DNA of 63,472 nucleotides, filler included, from Phoronis australis (GCA_002633005.1; 14 parts of 14 records of this genome joined end to end with filler, not necessarily neighbours in it); one strand, 5' to 3'. Counted from the first letter of the whole stretch, positions 38,400 through 52,699 are shown. Notes: generated by a model not told the origin, from the sequence alone. Translations and numbers: made by a program.

Positions 38400-40100
38400 G
38401 ATTGAAACACCAGTTTTCACTGGGATTATTTCAACTTGATACTCATTATAAACTAAATTATGGTGACAGACAGTGCTCAACGTGATTTTTTCACATTTGA
38501 ACGTTAGATGACCTTTGCACTAATTGACCTTATCACTTGCATTATAAGAATTTTTAGGAGAAATGCTGCAAAGTACTTGTTAAGTGTGCTTAATACTGAG
38601 AATTGCAGTTGTCTAACTGTTGTCACATCACAATAATTGGTGAATGGAAATGTCAAATGGTCAGACAAAAAATGCACCTAATGACCCCGTGGTTACTCCA
38701 AATGACCGGAAACTTAAGATTTCGTTCTGAACTCTATGCACCAAGAAGATGTGTGAATTTGAAGTGTCTAACTCAAAATCTTAGCTTCCACTTAATTACC
38801 TTCGACCTATTTTTTCTGATTGGTTAAGCCTATTGCGTAGTAAAGTAGGGTGTTCAACTGGAATGTTGACTTACACCAGTGTGCTGAAATTGAAAAGAAT
38901 TCCATGAAAAATGTAGGAGATATAACATTTCAAACGTTAGATGACTCTTGTACTAATTGACCCTGTCCGGTACATTATAAGGGTCTTTAGGAAAATTACA
39001 GTTGCACCTAATGACTCCAAAGTTTGTGACTGAATTTTCTTTACCAATGAAAACTATATACGTGATTATGTAAGGTCTAGCTCAAAAGTCACTTTTGCAC
39101 TTAATGACCTTTGACCCGGAAACTCGGCACCCTTGATCCGATTAAAATTCCACGTAAATTTCGGATGCAGTTCTGTAGTGCCTGCTTGTTAAAAAATTCG
39201 GAGACTCTATCTAAAAACCTGTAGGAGAAGAAGCAATTTGATGGAATGCACCCCTTGACCCATTTCGGGTCAATCCGGTGCATTTTGAGTCAAATTAATG
39301 TGATCAAAAGAATTTGATCGGCAGTTGGTTGAACCACCATGAATATATATGAACGCTCTCCCTTCTGCATCAGTTAAGTTCAAGCTGATTGAACAAGTGT
39401 TAAATTTAACAGAAAACTGTACTTAATGACCCCAAAGTTGCACTTAGTGACCCCCAATGTTTGTGACTGAACTTCTTTTATGAATGTTTATCATATGTGT
39501 GATTATGAAAGGTCTACCTCAAAAATCACTTTTGCACTTAATGACCTTTGACAAGGAAACTCGGTTCCCTTCATCTGATTGGAATTCCAATAAATTTCGG
39601 ACGCACATCTCAAATGCCTACTTGTTAACAAAATTCGAAGAGTATATCTAAAAACCTGTAGAAGAGGAAGCATTTTAACGGAATGTACTCCTTGACACGG
39701 TTTGGGTCATCCCGGTGCATTTTGGGTCAAAACTATATCGTCAATAGAAATCCCTTGCTTATCGTATCAAACACAGTGAATATGATTGTTGTAAGTGAAT
39801 GGATCTAAGAGTAATAACAATATGAAAAGGAAGGAAGAATAAGAAGAATAAGAAGAATATTAAAAAGATAAAATACGTAGAACACTAAAACTCTGCGCTT
39901 GGACGCGCAGAGTAATAATAAGAATAAGAAGATAAAATACGTAGAACAGTAAAACTCTGCGCTTGCACGCGCACAGTAATAAGAAGATAAAATACGTAGA
40001 ACAGTAAAACTCTGCGCTTGGACACGCAGAGAAATAATAAGAATAAGAAGATAAAATACGTAGAACAGTAAAACTCTGCGCTTGAACGCGCAGAGTAATA
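38400..40100 (-). mobile_element. Probable HINE/Helentron-type element with internal core repeats and a tandemly amplified terminus
   Basis: Core repeats at ~39040-39320 and ~39480-39740; (AAGAAT)-type microsatellite; four ~60-bp units each with the hairpin ACTCTGCGC-N-GCGCAGAGT. Confidence 0.55.
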
Positions 40101-43001
40101 ATGCAGCAGTTAACCGGTTCTAACATACGAATAAAACTTGCATTTGCTTGAGTTGCCCGCCAGACAAAAGCTGGTTTATGTTTATTGTCAAAAGACTGAT
40201 TGCTGCTGATTGGTTGATATGACAGTGACGCGTTGGTGTGGCATCGATTGCTTATCTTTGATGTGCTATATTGTGACATTGAGTGTTGAAATAGTTTGCA
40301 TCGTATTTTTATTTGTCAATAAGTTTCACTAAGAGGTGACAAGAAGAACTACCCGGACAGTCTCGGGCTGTGTGAAACTTCTGGGTCTAACCACAGGCGC
40401 TCGAATTTCCAGTTGACTCATAACTATGTATAAGAAACATAAAGGTTAGACACTAAAATTTTGCCGAGCTGAAGCTGCTAACTTGAACTGTCCCAAATCC
40501 AAATAAAATCTAATATGCGTCCATCTCCCTCAGACTGGTATTGTATAAACCTCCGAAGCCTTATCTTTCCTAGCCTTGGAACAAAGCTGTATACTAAATA
40601 TACAGTTTTGCGCCGATGTGGGTAAAAACTGACCAGATAAAATATGAAATAAAATTAGTGTTTTTAAAAACTACACACTTATTTTAGAAAGTAAAATTAT
40701 TTTCTGGTTTGGAAAATTGGCGTTCTACCGTTATTCTGCTACTAAAGTTGTGGAGCTATCTTCTGCGTCGGCTTTCGGCGTCATACAACATTGCGTCACC
40801 TAGTGGCCAGTTTCTTTTTTCAGCGATTCTTCAAACAACTGTTGTTCTTTCACGAGGTTACGTACACATCACAACAAATTATCGGAACTGGTTTCATTTC
40901 ATTATAAGTTTTTGAAATTTTGATACCAGCAAACCGAATTTCAGAAGAAATTTTGCTGCTGCCAAGCTATCATCATCTCCCGAGAGATGTCGCAAAAACT
41001 CAGGAAATGGCGCGTGCGCGTGTCATGAGCGTATTGTTTTCGAAACGACGACATAACTTTTCTTGGTTAGAAAAGGCGGAGGATTACGCAAGAAAACGAC
41101 GTTTATTAAATTGTTTTCACTTAAGCGACTGTAACGGACAACGTGGCTGATTCCCATATTTTGTATGCATTCCGTCCGGCCTTTATCTTTTCATGTTGAT
41201 ACAACTTTCACGGCGAGTTGACCTGCAGAACTACCCTGGTTGTGTGCAATTTCGGGGTTTACGGAAGAAAAACACACACTGGTACCTAGCTGTATTTTGA
41301 CGATAGTCTTCATTCAGCTAGCTGGCTGGGTATATCTTTCCTTGATCCCCTTGAATCATCCCTGTGAGCGGTGAACTGGCCACAAAATTATTCTCAAAAC
41401 TCTGAATTCAAGGACCTAAAATACTGTAGTTGACAAGCCAGATTCCAGTTGTGCTTTAACGTGGAGGCCTGTCGAAGATGAAATTTCGACTTTGAGCATG
41501 CAACCCTCCTCATGTAAAAGTCAAGAAATTTATCCCAAATTTAAACGATTGAGGTGACTTAAAAGTAACCTTACACTTATGTGTAATGTGGTTCTTCTCA
41601 TAGCTCAATTTATCACTTAACCAAGAATTCAATTGCAAGAACCGGCGTCTCTTGTATTTGATCTTGACATTATGTTTGTTGAAGCACAACAAAAACTCGG
41701 TTGTGGCGAAGTTTCCGATGTCTGACCACACGTTTAGTCACGGTAAATCGCCTATCGGCAACTGCCGAATTTCGTAGTAGACCAGGGAGATGATTTTAGG
41801 ATTTCGAGAGAGCTGACAGTTCGTTGTTGCATAAGACCAGGGTGTACAAGCTGACTTATTACGGCGTGCCATTTTAAGAGAAGATCTTGGTCTCAAGGCC
41901 TTAACAATAAACTTTCAGCTCTTTGCAAACCAAGAATTCACTTCTCATCTAAGTAAGGAACAAGTTGACATCAACTTTATAGCAAAAGGCGGTCTAAATC
42001 AAAAGCTCTGTTCTTGGACGAAACTCGGGGTTTATAGCCTTTTTATAGCTATATTAACAAAAACTCAACGCAAAATCTCCCACCTATCAAATTAAGTAAT
42101 CTGATCTTTGAAATCCCTAACAATGGTTTAATGTTTGATATTAGTCAATGTTGCACGACAATGACTTATTTGCGTTTTTTTTTTGAGATCGGTGAGGGTC
42201 AAATAGTGCCGAAACCCCTAACGGCTGAGGCGAGTGGCTGATCTTGTTGAAAATATGAACAGCTTCAACGAAAGTCCTTGCTAGTTGATTTCACTCTGTC
42301 TTAAAGCATCTCAAAAAATGCGTAACTTGTAGAAATCACACCCCATGGTGTTTCTGAGATAAAGAAATTCAAGGAAGCCATGTGTTTTTTCATTGTTGTG
42401 TCTAAAATGAAAAGATCTAAACCCCAAAAATGTTCAATACTTTGCAATTTTCTGCCCAAACTACAAATTCGCTTCGGTCGCAGAGTGGGGAAAAGATTCT
42501 AAACCCTACTGCCCAAAAATTTAAGCTAAAAACGTATCCAGCGACCGTTTGTCTCAAGTTTAGCAAACGTCGCGAAAAAGATAAATCACCCAAGATCTCA
42601 ATTAGTCCTCCGATTGTGTTCAAAACCTTAGCAGCGAACCTAGAAACATGGCAGCCACTGAAATCAATGGTTGGTGAGACTGGAATGTTGAATTACGGGA
42701 ACCATTTCCAACCGCTAGGCTTTGTATTCTCTCATCTCGCTGTTACCCAACCGATGTTCCCAGTGTTCCCTATCCCCATGTTCACCAGTACCGCCACTTC
42801 TCATGCGGTCGATACTTCCCGCCGTGATATTAGGCTGGCCCTAGATTCCCCCGTTCTGATGTCGCGAGACTCGATTAAATAATTTCATCGCCCCATCAAT
42901 CGAAAACTTGCGATTGAACTGTCGAAAACAAAATAAACTATTATTGCAAGTCAACAATGCTATAATCGGCTTTCTTTGACATCAGTTACACTGTATTACA
43001 G

Positions 43002-43238
43002 AAGGCCGTGAATGTAAGTCCCTATTGTCCGGCGAGGATTACTATGGAATCATGTCAGTCACACTGTCGGGAAAGACCTGTCAGAGATGGGATGTACAGA
43101 CTCCTCATTCTCATGATATGGGTAATGCGCACACCGTTGAAAACTACTGCAGGAACCCAGACTCGGAACCGTCGCCCTGGTGTTACACAACTGACCCTTC
43201 AGTGAGATGGGAGATTTGTCCAGTACCATTTTGTTCCA
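43002..43238 (+). CDS. Kringle-domain exon
   Basis: ttacag|GRECKSLLSGEDYYG...KTCQRW...[31 protein letters not shown]|gtgagt. Six Cys, phase 1-1. Confidence 0.93.
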
Positions 43239-44066
43239 GTGAGTAAATAATGCGTTATCGGTAATGAATCTTTGTTTGTCCAGAAAACGGCACCATACTC
43301 TATAACCAGACATGACGCCCTGTCATCTTATCTTCCGGAGACTGTTATATTTAAGGTGAGCAGTCCAGTTTTATAGCTAAACCTGCCGATACTTGTATTT
43401 AATTTAGAGATTGTCCTCCAACGCTGTCGCCTTAACATAGAACTTTGAACATGAAAAAATAGTCATTTCAGATATAATATTCGCACTTTTAGCAAATCGC
43501 AGCAACAGTTGTCCACGAACGTACTTACGATCGTCATAGCTGCGACCGGACTTAGTACCTGTCGTAACTCCGTGCTGTCTTTTTGCACTTATGTTTTAAC
43601 GCCCGCTGGCCAACCAGTGCAGTCGACGTGCAAGAATTAGTCACTGTCATTGATTGCATTATGCCGAAAATGATTAAAAAGCAAAACATTCTCAAATTTA
43701 TTGGAGGTGGTGACCTAGTAAAATGAATTTTAAAACCTATTTCCACCAAACTTCAGTCTAATCATAATGACACGAAGTTTCGGTCAGTCATTATTCTGAC
43801 ATCTTCAGGCTTTACCAAGTGCCAGACTGAGAACGGATAGAGCTATTCCCAGCTTCAAATCCCACCGTGGTCCATGAAAATGGTGCTAATCACTGAGTTT
43901 TCCAGACACCCTTGCATGTACCTCTAAGAACGCTGTAAGCCTGCAACACCTGAAAACGGCCGGATGCATGACCAAACAAAACCTGGTGCCTATTTAGATA
44001 GATTAGTATTCGTGTAATCACATCAACACATTTTTTAGATATAAACATATCTGTAATGTTTTACAG

Positions 44067-44341
44067 GTCGTCAAGATTGTAAGGAAGATTGTCAGGCATC
44101 CTCAGTGACAACCTCCTGCAGAGCACTAGATTATTTGGACCCTGGGCAAGTTAGAATATACGCTCGCGCTGCTGAATACTTCTTGCCTGTAAACATCACC
44201 AAGAAAGTTCAGATGAGAGACTTTAAGTATGTCGGAAGTATGGTCCATTGCTTGATTCATTGTAAAAGAAATCCTTGCTGCTCAGTTGTTACGTTCTCAG
44301 AATTTACCAATATGTGTATCACTTATCTTTTCATAGAGTAG
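44067..44341 (+). CDS. Terminal exon with a PAN/apple-like Cys pattern, spliced in frame to the kringle exon
   Basis: ttttacag acceptor, phase 1 in frame; SMVHCLIHCKRNPCCSVVTF...MC then stop. Confidence 0.6.
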
Positions 44342-45859
44342 AAGTCGACAGTTGAGGAATTCAGTGTTGATATTTCTGTCTTTCCAAAAACGACCGCCCA
44401 CTGCAAGCGCAGGCAAGTAGCTGACTTGTCGTCGAGTGAACCATAACTCACATGTTGTACTCAGGAATTACAATAAGCCATCGATGCTGAGAAATTTGTT
44501 GTTGCACTGATCACGCTTTACACTGAATATTTAATGGTTACCGAAGGTGACTGACAACTCGTCAGCAGGCTGCGATAAATATTCCATAACTTAGTCAGAT
44601 ATCTCCATGTATTACAAGTGAATCACGTGATCACACTAGCTTCCTTCACAAGATTCTTGGGCCAGCGGAACTCGGTCAAAGTAAATGAACTTCAAGAAGT
44701 GAGACATTCGCCTCACTGCCTATAGAGACGAAACTGTTGTCGAATTTAAAAAGTTTGCTATAAAGATGATATCAGGTGCGTGATTCCTTTCAAAGCTTGT
44801 TTCAATGGAGTGCAGGTAATCTTCATTTGTTGAGAGATCAGTTGTGTTTTGACCGTCTGTATTGTTTTTGCGTTGTATTGTATTGTTTCGTATTGTATCC
44901 TGTTCAAGCATTTTAAAATCAACAGAGTTCAAAGAAATCAGTCAAAATCATTTTAAAAATGCTGACCCCCACTTAATCCACTAAAAATAGAAAAAGCAAC
45001 CGATGTCATTAGAAATGGAAATGGGGTCTTTGTGTCACATTTTNCGGAAGTATGGTCCATTGCTTGATTCATTGTAAAAGAAATCCTTGCTGCTCAGTTG
45101 TTACGTTCTCAGAATTCAGCAGTATGTGTATCACTTATCTTTTCATAGAGTAGAAGTCGACAGTTGAGGAATTCAGTGTTGACATTTCTGTCTTTCCAAA
45201 AACGACCGCCCACTGCCAGCGCAGGCAAGTAGCTGACTTGTCGTCGAGTGAACCATTACTCACATGTTGTACTCACGATTACAATAAGCCATCTATGCTG
45301 AGAAATTTGTTGTTGCACTGATCACGCTTGACACTAATGAATATTTAATGGTTACCGAAGGTGATTGATAACTTGTCAGCGGGCTGCGATAATTATTGCA
45401 TAACTTAGCCAGATATCTCCATGTATTACAAATGAATCACGTGATCACACTAGCTTCCTTCGCAAGATTCTTGCGCCAGCGGAATTCGGTCAAAGTAAAT
45501 GAACTTCAAGAAGTGAGACATTCGCCTCACAGCCTATAGAGACGAAAATGTTGTCGAATTTAAAAAGCTTGATATAAAGATGATATCAGGTGCGTGATTC
45601 CTTTCAAAGCTTGTTTCAATGGAGTGCAGGTAATCTCCATTTGTTGAGAGATCAGTTGTGTTTTGACCGTCTGTATTGTTTTTGCGTTGTATTGTATTGT
45701 TTCGTATTGTATCCTGTTCAGGCATTTTAAAATCAATACAGTTCAAAGAAAACAGTCAAAATGCATTTTAAAAATGCTGACACCCACTTAATCCACTAAA
45801 AATAGAAAAAGGCAACCGATGTCATTAGAAATGGAAATCGGGTATTAGTGTCACATTTT
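44234..45859. repeat. ~810-bp direct duplication joined by a single N
   Basis: 44234-45043 is nearly identical to 45045-45859, with scattered substitutions and indels. N at 45044. Confidence 0.9.
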
Positions 45860-46023
45860 AGATAGAAATCAATATTGCTAAATTCAGAAGCAACTACTTG
45901 AATACTTGACCCTTTCTCGACTANNNNNNNNNNNNNNNNNNNNNNNNNNNNNNNNNNNNNNNNNNNNTTAATTAATTAANNNNNNNNNNNNNNNNNNNNN
46001 NNNNNNNNNNNNNNNNNNNNNNN

Positions 46024-46362
46024 AAAGTGATGTTCCCCTCAAAGGTGACCCCAAAGTGATAATCTACTAATATGCCGAGTTCTCCTGAAAGGTGACCCCA
46101 AAGTGATAATCTACTGAAAGGTGACCCCAAAGTGATAGTCTACTGAAAGTGACCCCAAAGTGATAGTCTACTGAAAGGTGACCCCAAAGTGATAATCTAC
46201 TGAAAGGTGATCCCAAAGTGATAGTCTACTGAAAGGTGACCCCAAAGTGATAATCTACTAATATGCTGAGTTCTCCTGAAAGGTGACCCCAAAGTGATAA
46301 TCTCCTGAAAGGTGACCCCAAAGTGATAGTCTACTGAAAGGTGATCCCAAAGTGATAATCTA
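46024..46362. repeat. ~28-29-bp minisatellite (TGAAAGGTGACCCCAAAGTGATAATCTAC)
   Basis: About 10 tandem units, with two longer variants. Confidence 0.95.
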
Positions 46363-47647
46363 AATCAATGGAAAGCACAACCATATATGGAAAGCTTCCG
46401 ACTGACAAAATTCATTGGTTAGAAAAATTAAGACAAGTTTACCTTAGACAACGTCTTCAGAATATGCCGGACATCAGACATTAGTCTGTGATGGGCATCT
46501 AACAATGACTTAACAACGAGTACTTGGCTGTCCACATCACCCTGAAACAGTTCATAGTAGTTAAGAAACTGCCTCAAAATAAAAGTACCATAGGGGCCCA
46601 TCTACCATCTATTATTAAAATCTTCAAATTTTAGATTATTGTAAAATAAGCATTTTTCAATTTTGAAATACTCAGACTTCCCATTTAAAGTATGCCAAAA
46701 TACTTTGACAACAGAAAGTTACTCACACCTGAGCCCTGGACATAATCTTTTTACTCAAAGTTTAACATTTTCGATTCTACTTTGGTATGAACTCAAGATT
46801 GAGAAATGTCTAGTATTGTGTGCTGGAGAACATTACAGTAAACTATGTAATCTCATTTGCACTTGATGACCCCAGCATTAAAGCTGTAAGTTCATGTCTC
46901 AACTCAAAATCTTGAATTTTTGCTCAAAATCTCAAGTTTTTACGTGTTTGTAGGTTGAATGTATGGATAGTCAAGGGTGAACTTGGACTAGACAGTAGTC
47001 TACATAATCCATAATGTACCCAAGAACAAAATACTGAATTATTATATGGAGAACGGAAAAATTGTCAAATATATTTTCGAGTTTGATTTTGAGTAAAATG
47101 ATTAGATCGTGGGCTCTGATGCAAGCTACATTGTCTTAGCTATACTAGAACACAAGCAGGCTTGAAATATGAATAAGAATAAGAAGTTCAAGATATATCA
47201 GTGAGGTGACCTGATAAATCACAAGGTATTGATGATGGACGAAGCGGAAACATCTGCGCACTAGGCCCATTTATCAAATCACCATTGTCCAATTCATGCT
47301 ATTTTTTAAAAAGTAATTCCGTCTGTTTGCAACATTCAACATTTTTGGAGAGATATTAAAACCAATCCTGATCAACTTTATAATCACAAAAGTGGATCAG
47401 GTGATGGACCTCAAATGATAGCTATTCATGGTACAGAACTTGTTGCTGCCTCTGCTCTCTGTTGGAAAATGAATCTAACTCAAAAATGTTAAGTCACTAG
47501 TCAGCATTTTATTACAACCAGCAGGAGTTCAGAAATTTAATCTTTCTGCCTGTTGAGACAATGATACAATTTCACCTAAAATTTGCATCTACTGCTCTTA
47601 CCCATCAATCAGAATGAAATAGGTGTTGAGAAAACAAGCTATCATAC

Positions 47648-47852
47648 CTTGCTCTTCTGCAAAGCAAGCATTAGTGGGTCTAACCCAGCTTTGGTAGACT
47701 CTATCTTTTCTGCCACCAAGTTTAAGGCTGAAGTTATCCACGCCTCATCAATGGTTTTACCACTGTCCACAGGGTGCGCTGTGATCAACATCTCCTCTAC
47801 TTCAGTGACAGTGCTGGAACACCTCTCCAACAGACCTGCACTGGCTTTACAC
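47648..47852 (-). CDS. Putative internal exon of an unidentified gene
   Basis: Strong acceptor catttctcag and donor AAG|GTATGA around an open frame ...VTEVEEMLITAHPV...LMLALQKSK. Confidence 0.55.
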
Positions 47853-48199
47853 CTGAGAAATGAAAGTCAGATCACTGTAAAAGGTCTCTGAAATAACAAC
47901 AAAGCCCGGTTACACTGGATACCAACAATGACATACCATTATCACAACTTATGTTGCCATGGTTGAACAATGCACTTGACATCATGCAACAAACAATTTA
48001 ATCCTGCAGATAAGGTTTGAAGTGTTATGCAACCCAGTCCAGATCTTGTTTTCCAGGTATTTATTATCATTTATAAACAGTCAAGTACAAAAACCAACAA
48101 ACAAATAAGTACATCCATTCATTCAAGCATGCACACCTCAGGAGAAACCATTGTCACATCTCATATAAAGTAAACAACTTCTACATGGAGTTAACGTGA

Positions 48200-49540
48200 A
48201 CAATAAAATTTTCCCATTTCGCAGAGAAGATGTCGTATACAAAGTTTTTATATACAATTTTTCAGCATTATAGTATTCATAATACCTATATAACAAAAAT
48301 TAGGTATATTTTTGAGACATCTCTCCTTGTAAATGTACTGTTTGGCTAGTAGAAGCAAAATGTTAAATAGAAAATAGTGCGTATCATAAAGTCCAAAAAT
48401 AACACGTTCGTAAGAGAAACAGTTAGGAAGCTGAATGCGACACTTTTGAAGTAGCTTTTCCAAATTCCTTTCAGAAATCTTGTACAAGGCGACATTCCCA
48501 TAAAAGGTGTGACAGCGTCTCTGGAGCTTTATTACAATAGGAACATAAATTATAATCCCGAACATGGATTTTGACTAAAAAGGCATTTGTTGCAATAATC
48601 CTGTGTAATATTCTGAATTGGAACCACCTAATGTTGGGATCCTTTATAATTTCATAAGGCAATGCGTATATTTTCTTCCAATCTAAACTATCTCCTAACT
48701 CCATTTCCCAATTACAATCTGACTTTAAATACTAAATAAATATGTCTACAACCCTTCAAATCTTTCCATAAGTAATTGCTAAAGGCATGCAAGGAGAGTA
48801 GACCTCAATACTTTTAAATTTACCTTGAAACAGACTTTTTTGAAACCTTCTTAGAACAGAAACAACTCCATTATATTCTACAAGGTTGGTTTTACACCGA
48901 ACCCATTTTTCATATCGTTCAAACTAACGAAATCACCACCAGAGGTATACATATCTCTAATAAATCTTAAGCCTTTTACAAACCAAGGCTTATAAAAAAA
49001 CACTTGTGCCTCCGATCGCCAAGTTGCTATTAAACTACAAAGGTTGATTCAAAGTCCTCTTTACTCACAACAATTATTGTCTTGTAGAAAGATGTCATAC
49101 TTCCAAATACGTCACGCCAGTAGGAATTACCAATTAGAATTAACTTCGACTTAATAAAGACATCTCCAAATGAAGCAAAATTCTTTAGGAACGGGTAAAG
49201 TGAGTTCAGTAATTCACCATTTTTAAACGCAGGCTTTCAGGATATGTACAGGCCATGGCGAGTTTTAAAGCTTTGCTGAAAGTACGCATATTAACCATTT
49301 GAAGACCCCCTTGACCAAGTCCTAAACAGGCCGTAGTTCCTTTAATTTAATCATTACGAGTCTGCTATACAAATCTAAAAAATGCCGTATTCAATTCATC
49401 CACGACTTATACTGGTGGATTTGAACAACTTGACAACAATAAAATAAAGTTTAGAAATAGTTAAATGTTTTAATTACACTTACTCTACCACACGGCATTG
49501 AATTTCGTTGACCAGATATTTGGATAATAAACTGATGACA
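48200..49540 (-). pseudogene. L1/Tx1-clade LINE ORF2 C-terminal fragment (zf-RVT region)
   Basis: WKKIY...RWFQFRILHRIIATN...CSYC...ETLSHLLWEC, NILLLLAKQYIYK and an upstream QGGL motif. Frameshifted. Confidence 0.85.
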
Positions 49541-50750
49541 TGAGGTCGAAGGTCAAAAGCTATTCAATAATATACTTTACGTCAGGTGTCAAAAGCTACA
49601 ATATTGCACTCTCAAATGGTGCTACGGCTTAAATACTTGACATACAGCAATGAAACAGCGCCACGTANNNNNNNNNNNNNNNNNNNNNNNNNNNNNNNNN
49701 NNNNNNNNNNNTTAATTAATTAANNNNNNNNNNNNNNNNNNNNNNNNNNNNNNNNNNNNNNNNNNNNTTAATTTATTTCTAGGACCCAAAATATTACATA
49801 AAAATACATCAGTATATACTGATGAATGCACATATTCCTGTTAGACTTAACCTGACAGAAGGAAAAATATTCTACAACTTCACACAATGACTATGGCGTA
49901 TAAGTGGAATTTTATTTTGCCAAAATTCTCAAACAAAAAAATAAGACAAACCACATTATCATTAGCACAGCTTTTGTTGAACAACTATCACAAAATGAAA
50001 ACTTTTGTAAATTTTTAATGATGCAATTAAATTTTGAAAAATGAAAAATTGAAATTTTATTCCAGTAAAGAATCTTCGATTTCAAAACAATAAAATTGCC
50101 ATATCTCAATCTTGCAGAAGTTCAGTATATGCCATTACCAATGATCAAATCTACACCATACAACCCACGCTATAAGCAATGACAATTTTTCAGAAAAGTT
50201 GAGAAATTTGAAATTAAAAGAGAGATTTCGATAGTCTGCTATACCATGTCCTAAACTGAAAAATTCATACTACTTATTTTTGTGTGAAAATGAGGAGAAT
50301 GTCACAATTTAAAAGAAAGGTTACAACAGCTCCAATTCATCATTGATACCAAAGTTGGTCTGGGCCGAGATCAGAAATAGTAAGTTTATTACGACAAAAT
50401 TTACGTATATTTAAGCAAAATTATGACATGGCAAGGGTGTCCCAAGTCTCTTTAGGGGTCAATGACATATCAACTTGATGCAAAAGTGCAGTTTTACTAT
50501 GGCTAAATCATGCGCTTTTATAACAAAAGCTGTGCCTATTACCGGAATTACACAAATACGTTGCCCCGACGTGTCTAGCCGGAGTAAAACCAAAGTAAAT
50601 AATTTTAAAATAGGACGAGAGTGAAGCTTGATCGACTTATCCATTACAACCTGATTCATATTGATATGTATACAATGGAAAATACCAAAATTGAAAGAAA
50701 GATATGTAAAACAGTCATTTTAACACGTGCAGTCGCAAACAATCACAAAC

Positions 50751-51292
50751 CTTGATCCCCTACGGAAACCCCGGCTACAAGGCGTAGGACTGGCATCCAT
50801 CTTGAAGTAATCATCCTGGCAATTACATGTCAAGTCGCGACTGTTCTGAGGAGATATTAACAACTTGGTACGGTACGCCACACTCAAAGTAATAGTACCA
50901 ACAGGCGTCGCCACTGATCCAATGGTTCGCTTGCCACTTCCTGATCCCAGAGAGTTGAGTTGAGGTTCTCCTAAGTAAAGCCTGTAGCAAATGACATAGG
51001 AATCTTGGCCTTGTTTACGAGACAGTTTGTAACCAGGAACAACACGGGTAACGCAAAATAGAGACTTCAGTAGTGTCCCCATCCTATTGTAGATTGTGTA
51101 GGACACCCTAGAAACAGGGTCAGTTGGTGGGTTCATACTGAGCACCCACTGTTCTAATACCATGGTTTCGCCCTCTGCCGTCTTCAAGGAGATCTCTAGG
51201 CACACCGCTTGACCATTGGTCAACAGCTGTCCAGCCAATACTCGCTTTGTTTCCGTGGTGACATCTGATATGTCACGGATGTTCAAGTTGAA
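50751..51292 (-). CDS. ATG13: Autophagy-related protein 13, HORMA-domain exon
   Basis: FNLNIRDISDVT...CLEISLKTAEG...YNRMGTLLKSL...VTRVVPGYKLSRKQG...TPVGTITLSVAYR closely matches the ATG13 HORMA domain. Acceptor ttttttag, donor AG|GTTTGT. Confidence 0.95.
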
Positions 51293-52699
51293 CTAAAAAA
51301 TAAAGCAGTTTAAAAATGGTAAAGCATAAAACCAGGAAAGTCAGATACAGGGTTAGGGGTTGGTTTGGAAAGGCCTACATAGTAGGTACCCATTTTTGCC
51401 ACTTGGCAACTGTTGCTTTAAACAGTACACACCATGGATTTTTGCACATTTTAAATTACCGGTGGCCACAGACTAAATGTATGACGTAAACTTTAGCTAA
51501 ACCCATGTTTATTTTGTGTAATTAGCTCAAAATTTTGATTTTTCTTTCAATTTTGCCAATTTTCACATTTCCCGCCATGTGACGTCATGGGTTGAACACA
51601 AGAGATCAGTGACTAGCATTGNNNNNNNNNNNNNNNNNNNNNNNNNNNNNNNNNNNNNNNNNNNNTTAATTAATTAANNNNNNNNNNNNNNNNNNNNNNN
51701 NNNNNNNNNNNNNNNNNNNNNACTTTCATGCCGGCAACTTGCCTTGCGCTCCAGAGACTTTCAATGGCGGTCGTGAAGAACAGTGAGGCCGGACCTGCAT
51801 GAATAAAGTCAATTTTTAGATCCGAAATTTGTGAGTACTTAACGCTGCAGGTAAGAGCATAATCTAAACATTTTCTCGATGATCTAAAAAAGCTATTTTG
51901 GCGCGTAAAAATGGCGGGAAAATTTTGCGGCGACCTGGCATTTACAAAGGCGAGCTGGATTTTGAAAATGCGACCTGGGATTTTGGCTAGGTCGCAAAAT
52001 GCGACCTGGCGATTTTAATAGCGTCGAGCCCTGTATGCATATGATATAGGAGTTGTTTATCTCACCAAAGCAAAAATAACAAATGAGTAAATAACAAAAA
52101 AATTTATCAAGATAAGCCTTTTAATTGTCACGTTCATATATTTTACACTAATACTAGACTGCAGTACATAAATTAGTGTTTTTGGTACAATAAATGCATA
52201 AATGATTAGCATAGTGGGCCCATGGCCCCCTTGTTCATTGCAAAAAGTCTTCAACAGTCGCAAAACATTTCAGTTTTACACTTGCCCCATTCATTGAATC
52301 ATTGCAAAGTGCAGCGTAGTTGTCTCTCAGTTTAACCCCTCTGTTTGGTCCTCCTTTTAGAATAATTCTGGCTATACTCCATGGTTCTGCCAGAATCGGT
52401 AATGCCCACATGCAAACCAAGAAGGCAATCATTTCTCTTTTCTTTCCCATTGTCCAGGTAATGCAAAGTATGCCGCTGTTACATGCAGATTGTTCAAGCT
52501 ACCAGCAAAGAGAGAAGAACCATCAGAAATCAAATACAAAGGAACAGTGACAGGATGTGCAAGTGAACTAAAACTGGACTTCAGCCACATTTTCAAGGTT
52601 ACTAAAGCTAAGTTAAAAAGTCAAGGCATTAAAGCTTCTACACTGGCATTCTGCCCAAAAGAAACTCTAGATTTAGATCAGTGGCAGTTCCATAACTTG

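Noticed and set aside
39835-40100. CRISPR-like array of palindromic repeats
   Set aside because: The intervening sequences are near-identical rather than unique spacers, the DNA is eukaryotic, and there are no cas genes.
44720-45746. Two paralogous 70-aa ORFs
   Set aside because: They are antisense to a probable 3' UTR and duplicated only because of the 810-bp duplication.
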